From an uncultured Muribaculaceae bacterium (lineage in GTDB: Bacteria; Pseudomonadota; Alphaproteobacteria; Rs-D84), in NCBI GenBank assembly GCA_964619545.1, contig CAZUED010000003.1, positions 163 to 64,162 of the forward strand: a stretch of 64,000 nucleotides of DNA, in the 5' to 3' direction. The notes under the pieces are model-generated. The model ran no database searches, had not been told where the DNA came from, and saw only the letters and a list, made by a program, of their open reading frames with translations. Each line of letters starts with the position of its first letter. The stretch's first letter is position 1. Of the stretch, positions 57,189 through 64,000 are shown in pieces. The position numbers were made by a program, and so were the translations under genes.

Positions 57189-58004
57189 TTATTCGGCGCA
57201 ATTGATTTTGACGATCCCGTCCTGATCAATCAGCACGCTGCCCTGGGACATGCTGTTGCTGATAAAGTGCGCAGCGCGTTCGCCATTCCAAAAGATGTCA
57301 GATTTGACTTCTTGGCCACATGCATGACCGATAGCGGACGAGTGATACATAAAGCACTTACGCATATTGGTACCGGTTGGCAGGCCGTTATGCATAATCC
57401 AATTGATGCCCAACCACTTACGCAGTTCGAATCCACCAATCAAAGGTGTTTCGTTGCCGACGTATTCAGCCGAAACGAATTCATCCATAGACAAAAGCTC
57501 ATTCCACTGATGAACACCGACGACGCAGAATCTGCGACCATCGTCAGGAACGTCTTTAGAGTTCAATGCTTCGACCGCGGACAAAATAATTTCTTTGGTC
57601 AAAGCGGCAGTTCCATCTCCGACAGCGGTTGTTGCATTGGCCATAGATGTTATAATCAGCTCGTCAGTCTTGCGACCCAATGCATATGCACCTGCGCTTG
57701 CGACAACCCGACGTTCATCAATGTTGATTTTTAATTCATCCAAAGCATCAACCCAATCGCCCGCATAATAGTCCTGCAATACGCATTCAACAGGCTCGTG
57801 GTCCAAGTTCATGACAGGAACTAATCCGTGGCGAGATTTGGTAGTGGCAGTACCACGACCAACTTTTTGGAAAGTTGTACTGCTGCCTATAACGCCGGAT
57901 TTACTGCGTATTGTGTTGCGAAGCTTTGTCCCCATTTGTTGATAAGCAAGATGAACATCGGCCTCGAATTGTTTTACGAATATCTGGTCTATTGATTCAG
58001 ACAT
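57189..58004 (-). CDS. T7 gp10-like major capsid protein, short form
   Basis: FVKQFEADVHLAYQQ...FQKVGRGTA parallels T7 gp10 FLKVFGGEVLTAFAR...FPVLGRTQA. RKCFMYHSSAIGHA parallels IGLFMHRSAVGTV. Position after the scaffold-like gene. Confidence 0.55.
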   Translation of the reverse strand: MSESIDQIFVKQFEADVHLAYQQMGTKLRNTIRSKSGVIGSSTTFQKVGRGTATTKSRHGLVPVMNLDHEPVECVLQDYYAGDWVDALDELKINIDERRVVASAGAYALGRKTDELIITSMANATTAVGDGTAALTKEIILSAVEALNSKDVPDDGRRFCVVGVHQWNELLSMDEFVSAEYVGNETPLIGGFELRKWLGINWIMHNGLPTGTNMRKCFMYHSSAIGHACGQEVKSDIFWNGERAAHFISNSMSQGSVLIDQDGIVKINCAE

Positions 58005-58311
58005 AGTTTCTCCTTTTTGATTGAAAAAAACCGGACATTATTGTCCGGTCATAAATAATTTGTTTTTCAGGTTCCGCGCAAAAGCGCGCCGTAAAAACAA
58101 ATATGCGGGTTCGTCAGAATTGTATGTCTTTTTCTGATGCTATGTTTTGCCTTATTATATACCAATTGTCCTTAAATCCGTTTTAGTGGTAGTTGCGAGA
58201 AAACAGCACATTACAGCACTTCATAGGTTGTAATGGGGCATTTTAGCACTAGAAAAGCGGTAATAAAAAATCCCGCTTTGCGGGATTTTTTATTTCAATA
58301 ATGTAATTACA

Positions 58312-58764
58312 TTATTTCTTTTTAGCAACTGGCTTTTTCGCCGGGGCTTTCTTAGCAACAGGCTTTTTAGCAGCTGGTTTTTTCGCAGCTGGCTTTTTCG
58401 CCGGGGCTTTCTTAGCGACAGGCTTTTTGGCAACCGGCTTTTTAACCGCAACTTTCTTAGCAGCAGGTTTTTTAGCAGCAGGTTTTTTAGCAGCAGGTTT
58501 CTTTGCCATTGGCTTTTTAGCAACAGGTGCTTTTACTGCCAATTTCATAACTTTTTTTGCAGCTGGTTTTTTTGCTGGAGCTTTCTTAGCAACAGGCTTT
58601 TTAGCGGCAACTTTTTTTACAGCTGGTTTTTTTGCAACTGCTTTTTTCACAGCTGGTTTTTTAGCAGCAGGTTTTTTAGCAGCTGGTTTTTTTACAACGG
58701 GCTTTTTAGCAGCTGGTTTTGCAGTTGCTTTCTTTGCCGCTGGTTTCAAGAATGAAAATGCCAT
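58312..58764 (-). CDS. histone H1-like Lys/Ala/Pro-repeat DNA-binding protein (AKKPAAKK repeats)
   Basis: About 20 tandem KKPAAKK-type repeats across the whole protein, with a tandem DNA repeat underneath. Strong terminator downstream at ~58266-58292. Confidence 0.65.
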   Translation of the reverse strand: MAFSFLKPAAKKATAKPAAKKPVVKKPAAKKPAAKKPAVKKAVAKKPAVKKVAAKKPVAKKAPAKKPAAKKVMKLAVKAPVAKKPMAKKPAAKKPAAKKPAAKKVAVKKPVAKKPVAKKAPAKKPAAKKPAAKKPVAKKAPAKKPVAKKK

Positions 58765-58876
58765 TCTCTTCTCCTTCCTTTTTTTGTTTTTATAGAACAA
58801 AAAATTTTTGTTCTTGATTACATTTTATCTGAAACAAAAAAATTAGTAAAGCGAAAAGAAAAAAATTACATAAAAT

Positions 58877-59530
58877 TTATGAATATAATTTTTTGAAACC
58901 AGTTTCTATTTTACGAATATATTCTGAATCATGATCACGCCAATATTTTGGATCTTTCATCATGTTGCGTAATTCATTATCAGATAGTTTTTCTGATGCA
59001 TGATTTCCAGTTGCAACATCTGGTTCCATTGATTGCATCATTTTATAAATGCTTTGGATTCCCTGGGGTGTAGAGCACAATGACTCAAATGCATCAGATG
59101 GTAAAAACTTTTCACCGAATGCATTGATAGCCTGCATGGCATCTTTCATCTTTTCTTCGCTACCGAAAAAATTTTGTAATGTGGCGATTGATTCTGACTG
59201 GGCGCGCAAAGAGAAAATTTCTGACAATGCTGGGGATAAAAATTCTTCAGCTATCGAATAAATTTTTTCAACTTGCTTTGGAGTCAATCCTGCATCAAAA
59301 AATTTTTTGCGAATCGTTTCATCATCAAACATCGGATTTGATGGATATTCGTCAGCAGTCTTTGGAACCCCCAATGTGCGCATAAATTTTTCACGTGAAT
59401 TTTCGTCGGCATCTTCGCCTGGGATGGATACCATGGTCCCGATTTTCTTTTCCAGTTCGGAATAAGACTTAATCAAAGCATCGCTGTTTAATGTTCCATC
59501 ATCGTTTTGGAATTTTTCTGGAATTTGCAT
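58877..59530 (-). CDS. T7 gp9-like capsid scaffolding protein
   Basis: Acidic helical protein. C-terminus NELRNMMKDPKYWRDHDSEYIRKIETGF parallels the T7 gp9 C-terminus EMIKAMSDPRYRTDANYRRQVEQKV. Confidence 0.55.
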   Translation of the reverse strand: MQIPEKFQNDDGTLNSDALIKSYSELEKKIGTMVSIPGEDADENSREKFMRTLGVPKTADEYPSNPMFDDETIRKKFFDAGLTPKQVEKIYSIAEEFLSPALSEIFSLRAQSESIATLQNFFGSEEKMKDAMQAINAFGEKFLPSDAFESLCSTPQGIQSIYKMMQSMEPDVATGNHASEKLSDNELRNMMKDPKYWRDHDSEYIRKIETGFKKLYS

Positions 59531-59720
59531 TCTTTCCCCTTTGAGTTGATTTGCGTAAGAAATATATCCCCGCAAGAGTAAAAATTGAATTCATAGTCGT
59601 AAAAACATTTTCATCACCAACAAGATATGCCGTGATTGCGGATAAAATTCCAACGCCGGAAATTATGTAAGTCCGTTGTCCTGCAAAGAATCCGCCACTT
59701 AAAATTTTTGACATTCGCAT
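59499..59720 (-). CDS. small membrane protein, candidate holin
   Basis: 73 aa; two hydrophobic segments (GGFFAGQRTYIISGVGILSAITAYLV; IFTLAGIYFL) and a basic C-terminus. Immediately downstream of the lysin gene. Confidence 0.4.
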   Translation of the reverse strand: MRMSKILSGGFFAGQRTYIISGVGILSAITAYLVGDENVFTTMNSIFTLAGIYFLRKSTQRGKNANSRKIPKR

Positions 59721-59737
59721 AAAAAACTCCGTTCAGG

Positions 59738-60190
59738 TTATTTATAGAAAAGCAGCCCATCAATATCTGCAATACTTCCTTTATCTGTTGCCCAATCTGG
59801 CAAAATGTCTTCGCGATGAAATCGAACTGCGCTACGAACAGAATCAGGCAGTTTCCCATTAATCATTCTTTTTAAGACACGCAAACACATTTGGAATTTT
59901 GGGTCATCTTCGGAAATTAAAAGATCGCTGTGGCGGGAAGATTCTTTTTGCAAACATTCAAATAAAGATTCGTCCGCTGCAATACAAGAAAAAGGCTGCA
60001 TAGATTGTTGATAAATATTTCCAATCATAGACGCCATGGCTTCAACCGCTGGCAAACTTGACGTGCGCGTTTCGGCATAAATAATTTTTCCCAGTTGGAC
60101 AAGTATTGTTTTTTCATCCTGAAACTCATTACGAGGCATTGTTTGCATTCGGACTTCCTTTGTATAAGAAAGACCCGCGCAGCAATGCAC
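59738..60190 (-). CDS. SleB/CwlJ-family cell-wall hydrolase (phage-type lysin)
   Basis: LGKIIYAETRTSSLPAVEAMASMIGNI matches the Hydrolase_2 (SleB) signature. Confidence 0.55.
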   Translation of the reverse strand: MHCCAGLSYTKEVRMQTMPRNEFQDEKTILVQLGKIIYAETRTSSLPAVEAMASMIGNIYQQSMQPFSCIAADESLFECLQKESSRHSDLLISEDDPKFQMCLRVLKRMINGKLPDSVRSAVRFHREDILPDWATDKGSIADIDGLLFYK

Positions 60191-60292
60191 GGGTCAAAAT
60201 AACATAAAAAAAACGCGCATGGGCGCGATTAAATTTTTATTGTTTGATAGATTAATCATATCACAAAATCACAAAAAAAGCAACAAGAAAAA

Positions 60293-60976
60293 TTAAATGC
60301 TGATCTCGTCCCCATATGCCATTATGTATTCTTGTCCAGCGCGCAGCACCAATGCGCCATCATCATTCAGTCCGCATAAAACTGCCTGGCGTCCACGATA
60401 GGTAATAGTTTCGTTCAGATTTGCTGCCAAATCCATCCATCTATTTTTAACAATGACGAAGCCGCGAGATAACCAAATATCCATCTGTTTTGCCAAGGTT
60501 GCCAATAATTCGTCGCGAGAAATCTGGTTTGTATAATCTGAAACTTTAGTTGTTTGGTAATCAGCTCTTACACTGGGATTTGATTTAATGTTTATTCCAA
60601 TTCCGATTATTACAAATTCTTTGGCATATTCGATTAAAATCCCACTAATTTTTTTGCCATCTATTAAAATGTCATTAGGCCATTTTATTTGTGGCTGTAT
60701 ACCGAAAGAAATTAAAGTTTCTGCAACAGCAACGGCAACAGCGTATGAAAGTCTGGGCTCGCGATTTTCGATTTTATAAATAAAGCTGGCATACAGATTG
60801 CCATGATGAGAAACCCAAGTGCGACGATAGCGTCCGCGACCATTACTTTGTGAATCAGCTAAAATAATGGTGCGATCGGTTGCGTTTCCCAAACGAATCA
60901 AGTCCTGGGCATACGATTGAGTGCTGGGAATTTTATCAAAAGAGATAAGTTTATAATTTATATTTTCCACCTTCAT
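60293..60976 (-). CDS. birA: biotin--[acetyl-CoA-carboxylase] ligase, catalytic and C-terminal domains only
   Basis: GRGRYRRTWVSHHG and KWPNDILIDGKKISGILIE motifs. Confidence 0.85.
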   Translation of the reverse strand: MKVENINYKLISFDKIPSTQSYAQDLIRLGNATDRTIILADSQSNGRGRYRRTWVSHHGNLYASFIYKIENREPRLSYAVAVAVAETLISFGIQPQIKWPNDILIDGKKISGILIEYAKEFVIIGIGINIKSNPSVRADYQTTKVSDYTNQISRDELLATLAKQMDIWLSRGFVIVKNRWMDLAANLNETITYRGRQAVLCGLNDDGALVLRAGQEYIMAYGDEISI

Positions 60977-61358
60977 TTTTTATAAATTCTTTTCCAAAGA
61001 TTTTACGCAGCTGATAGATTGTCGTGCCCACCGCGTTTGTTGCGGCGCCTGGTGCATAGCCTAACTGCTGTTGCAGTTCACCGGCGTTTGCACCAAATGC
61101 GCCCGCGTGGTGCAGTGCAATAATTATTTTTTTCTGCGAACCTGAAAGAGTTGTAACACCGCAGATTTTTTTAATAATTGATACTTCGCGTGCATCACGC
61201 AGACGCAAAATTTCGGCTTTTAATTCAGCGGGAGAAAGTTTTTTATTTGCGGAAAAAATTACATCAGCAGATTCGCGTGCAGCAAACCCCGCGCCCAGGT
61301 CGGTCAGAATCCCGCGCCAAACCATATCATCAGTCCAAATCGTAATTCCATTAAACAC
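60951..61358 (-). CDS. hypothetical protein with a C-terminal winged-helix-like segment, overlapping the birA start
   Basis: 135-aa ORF; no confident family. Confidence 0.4.
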   Translation of the reverse strand: MFNGITIWTDDMVWRGILTDLGAGFAARESADVIFSANKKLSPAELKAEILRLRDAREVSIIKKICGVTTLSGSQKKIIIALHHAGAFGANAGELQQQLGYAPGAATNAVGTTIYQLRKIFGKEFIKNEGGKYKL

Positions 61359-61382
61359 TGATTAGATTATAGACTAAAAAAT

Positions 61383-61420
61383 CCCGCTGCCGCAAATAAA
61401 AATCGCCCATACGGGCGACT
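61383..61420. terminator. bidirectional terminator, two hairpins
   Basis: tcccgctgccgcaaataaaaatcgcccatacgggcgacttttatttttt. Confidence 0.6.
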
Positions 61421-61421
61421 T

Positions 61422-64000
61422 TTATTTTTTGCCATATTTGACAGCTGCTTGGGCAGCGGCCAGTCTTGCAATTGGCACTCGGAATGGACTGCAAGAAACA
61501 TAGTCCAAACCAGCTTTGTGGAAGAATTCCACAGATTCTGGGTCTCCGCCGTGTTCTCCGCAAACGCCCAAGTGTATTTCATGACCTTTGGCTTCACGTG
61601 CCATTTTAACTGCGCCTGCAACCAGTTGTCCAACACCTGCTTGATCAATGCTGGCAAATGGGTCTGCAACATAGACTCCACGAGCGCGATACTCGTCCAA
61701 GATTGCGCCAGTGTCATCACGAGACATTCCAAGAGTTGTTTGAGTTAAATCGTTTGTTCCAAAACCGAAAAACTCTGCGCTTTGGGCAATTTCATTTGCC
61801 AATAAAGCAGCGCGTGGCAATTCAATCATGCATCCGACCTTGTATTTAACCCTTTCACCGGATTCAGCAAAAATCTGTGCAGCGGTTGAATCAATAATGG
61901 CCTTTACAATGTCTTGTTCTTTTTTCGAGCCTATCAAAGGAACTTCGATTTCAGGCAAAACTTTTACGCCAGATTTTACGCACTCGATAGCTGCGCCCAA
62001 GATAGCGCGGGTCTGCATTTCGCAAATTTCTGGATAAGTGATCGCCAAGCGGCAACCACGATGTCCCAGCATTGGATTTTGTTCATGCAACGCTGCGGTG
62101 CGCTCTTTAACGAACGACGCAGGCTTTCCAATATGATCGGCCAACAATTTGATGTCTTCTTCTGTATGTGGCAAGAATTCATGAAGTGGTGGATCGATCA
62201 AGCGGATAACGACAGGCAATCCATCCATAATTTTGAACAATTCAACAAAGTCCGCACGTTGATAAGGTAACAACTTGTTTAGTGCATTACGGCGACCTTC
62301 GGTTGTTTCTGCCAAAATCATTTCGCGCATATCCATAATACGTGAAGGATCAAAGAACATGTGCTCGGTACGAGCCAAACCAATTCCTTCGGCGCCGAAT
62401 TCCAATGCTTGTTTTGCATCACGTGGAGTTTCAGCGTTTGCACGAACTTCCAAAGTTTTGATTGAATCAACCCACTCCATCAACTTACCAAAGTTTCCAG
62501 TCATTTCGACAGAAACTGTTGGAACCTGACCCAAGATGATTTCACCCTTTGCGCCATCAATAGAAATCCAATCACCTTCGTTGATAACGTCGCCCTTGGT
62601 GGTTTTCATAGTTTTTGAAGCATAGTCAATTTTGATGTCTGCGCTACCTGAAACGCAAGGAGTCCCCATACCGCGTGCAACGACAGCAGCGTGAGAAGTC
62701 ATTCCACCACGAGCAGTGATAACGCCCTGGGCTGCGTCCATTCCAGCAATGTCTTCAGGGGAAGTTTCAATACGGACAAGGATAACTTTTTCACCACGAC
62801 CTGCCCATTCAACAGCGTCTTCGGCATTGAAAACTGCGCGTCCAACAGCCGCACCAGGGGATGCAGGCAAACCAGTTGCAATTACATTCTTGTTTGCTTT
62901 TGGATCAAGCATAGGATGCAACAAGTGATTTAATTGATCTGCACCAACGCGCAGTATTGCTTCTTCTTTATTCAGCAATCCTTCGCTAACCATTTCAACA
63001 GCGATACGAACTGCGGCGGCGGCGGTACGCTTTCCATTACGAGTTTGCAGCATCCACAATTTTCCATGCTCGATAGTAAATTCCATATCTTGCATGTCTT
63101 TGTAATGCTGTTCCAGTTTGTTGCGAGCAGCAACCAGTTCGGTATAAACAGCAGGCATAGCTTCTTCCAAAGACAAGCGTCCGCTGTCATCTTTCGCCAT
63201 AGGCTGTGGAGTGCGAATTCCAGCAACAACGTCTTCACCTTGGGCATTGATTAAGTATTCTCCGTAAAAGCGATTTTCGCCGGTCGCCGGATCGCGCGAA
63301 AAACATACGCCAGTTGCGCAATCATCACCGGCGTTTCCAAAGACCATCGCTTGAACATTGACGGCAGTTCCCCAATCGCCCGGAATGTTGTTTAATTTAC
63401 GATAAGTGATTGCTTTCTTTGACATCCAAGAACCGAACACTGCGCCAATACCGGCTTTTAATTGAGCCCATGGATCTTGTGGAAATTCTTTACCAATGTT
63501 TTTTCCAATTTCTTTGAATTTTTCAACCAACTCTTTCAAGTCATTGGCGGTCAGTTCGTTATCAAATTTGTATCCTTTGGATTCTTTCATGTGTTCCAAG
63601 GCATGCTCGAACAAGTCAATGTCTGCGCCCAAAACTACGTCAGAAAACATCATGATAAAACGACGATAAGAATCATAAGCAAAACGTTCATCGTTTGCAG
63701 CAGCGGCCAAAGCCTGTACCGTTTCGTCATTCAAACCCAAATTCAAAACCGTATCCATCATGCCCGGCATAGAAACGCGAGCTCCACTGCGAACAGAAAC
63801 TAACAAAGGATTAGTTTTATCAGCGAATTTTTTACCCATAACTTTTTCAATGTGGGAAATGCCCTCGCGAACTTGGTCATCTAAATCAGCAGGGTAAGAA
63901 TTGTTGTTTTCGTAATAGTACGTGCAAACTTCAGTAGTAACTGAAAAACCGGCAGGGACAGGCAGTCCAACAAGATTCATCTCGGCCAGGTTAGCGCCTT
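61422..64000 (-). CDS. ppdK: pyruvate, phosphate dikinase; N-terminus lies beyond the window end
   Basis: Phospho-His domain GGMTSHAAVVARGMGTPCVSG. The reading frame stays open upstream of the in-window Met (GANLAEM). Confidence 0.9.
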   Translation of the reverse strand, partial: GANLAEMNLVGLPVPAGFSVTTEVCTYYYENNNSYPADLDDQVREGISHIEKVMGKKFADKTNPLLVSVRSGARVSMPGMMDTVLNLGLNDETVQALAAAANDERFAYDSYRRFIMMFSDVVLGADIDLFEHALEHMKESKGYKFDNELTANDLKELVEKFKEIGKNIGKEFPQDPWAQLKAGIGAVFGSWMSKKAITYRKLNNIPGDWGTAVNVQAMVFGNAGDDCATGVCFSRDPATGENRFYGEYLINAQGEDVVAGIRTPQPMAKDDSGRLSLEEAMPAVYTELVAARNKLEQHYKDMQDMEFTIEHGKLWMLQTRNGKRTAAAAVRIAVEMVSEGLLNKEEAILRVGADQLNHLLHPMLDPKANKNVIATGLPASPGAAVGRAVFNAEDAVEWAGRGEKVILVRIETSPEDIAGMDAAQGVITARGGMTSHAAVVARGMGTPCVSGSADIKIDYASKTMKTTKGDVINEGDWISIDGAKGEIILGQVPTVSVEMTGNFGKLMEWVDSIKTLEVRANAETPRDAKQALEFGAEGIGLARTEHMFFDPSRIMDMREMILAETTEGRRNALNKLLPYQRADFVELFKIMDGLPVVIRLIDPPLHEFLPHTEEDIKLLADHIGKPASFVKERTAALHEQNPMLGHRGCRLAITYPEICEMQTRAILGAAIECVKSGVKVLPEIEVPLIGSKKEQDIVKAIIDSTAAQIFAESGERVKYKVGCMIELPRAALLANEIAQSAEFFGFGTNDLTQTTLGMSRDDTGAILDEYRARGVYVADPFASIDQAGVGQLVAGAVKMAREAKGHEIHLGVCGEHGGDPESVEFFHKAGLDYVSCSPFRVPIARLAAAQAAVKYGKK

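Noticed and set aside
58427-58795. Plus-strand ORF of GFLAAGF repeats
   Set aside because: Mirror-frame artefact of the tandem AKKPAAKK repeat gene on the minus strand.
1-64000. CRISPR arrays, IS elements, transposases or integrases
   Set aside because: No regularly spaced direct repeats with unique spacers and no DDE-transposase or tyrosine/serine-recombinase motifs were seen. The only repeat structures are the ~110-bp inverted pair, the short 12-mer repeat cluster and the coding AKKP tandem repeat.

Overview
This window is a low-GC (~40%) proteobacterial chromosome segment with the coding style of an obligate symbiont. Annotations rest on remembered family motifs, not on searches or alignments.

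Housekeeping backbone: a 5S rRNA at the window start, dnaX, skp-lpxD-fabZ, tRNA-Trp-secE-nusG-rplKAJL-rpoBC, rpmA/rplU, frr, tRNA-Ala, tRNA-His, ispA, rseP-cdsA-uppS, bamA, yraN, dnaB, birA and ppdK (runs off the window end).

Three accessory systems are inserted into this backbone:

1. A 7.6-kb cassette at ~11.1-18.7 kb, bounded by ~95-bp imperfect inverted repeats and sitting next to tRNA-Trp. It carries a co-directional operon of VirB8-like (with an NPLG motif), VirB9-like and VirB10-like type IV secretion core-complex proteins. The VirB9-like and VirB10-like proteins are unusually large, and the VirB10-like one ends in a Cys-rich tail. A 715-aa secreted Cys-rich coiled-coil protein follows. 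No VirB4, VirB11 or VirD4 ATPase, pilin, or VirB3/VirB6 gene lies nearby. Two more large Cys-rich secreted paralogs sit in tandem at 0.5-4.7 kb, and a DsbA-like CPHC protein is encoded elsewhere in the window.

2. A degenerate T7-like podovirus morphogenesis module at ~53-60 kb, all on the minus strand: holin-like, SleB-like lysin, gp9-like scaffold, a histone-H1-like AKKP-repeat protein, gp10-like capsid, gp11-like and gp12-like tail tube proteins, only the N-terminal part of a gp17-like fibre (truncated), and a large terminase. The terminase is split into an ATPase fragment and a nuclease fragment by a 3.4-kb segment carrying dnaB, a CI/LexA-like XRE repressor and a hypothetical gene. No portal, internal core, complete tail fibre or small terminase gene was seen.

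3. A cobalamin-dependent nucleotide module: class II RNR, dUTPase and a PduO-type adenosyltransferase.

Also present: an orphan type IV pilin-like gene after dnaX; a second membrane-protein operon (VirB7-sized lipoprotein plus two bitopic proteins) after bamA; and an AT-rich islet between tRNA-Ala and tRNA-His. No IS element, integrase or CRISPR array was seen.
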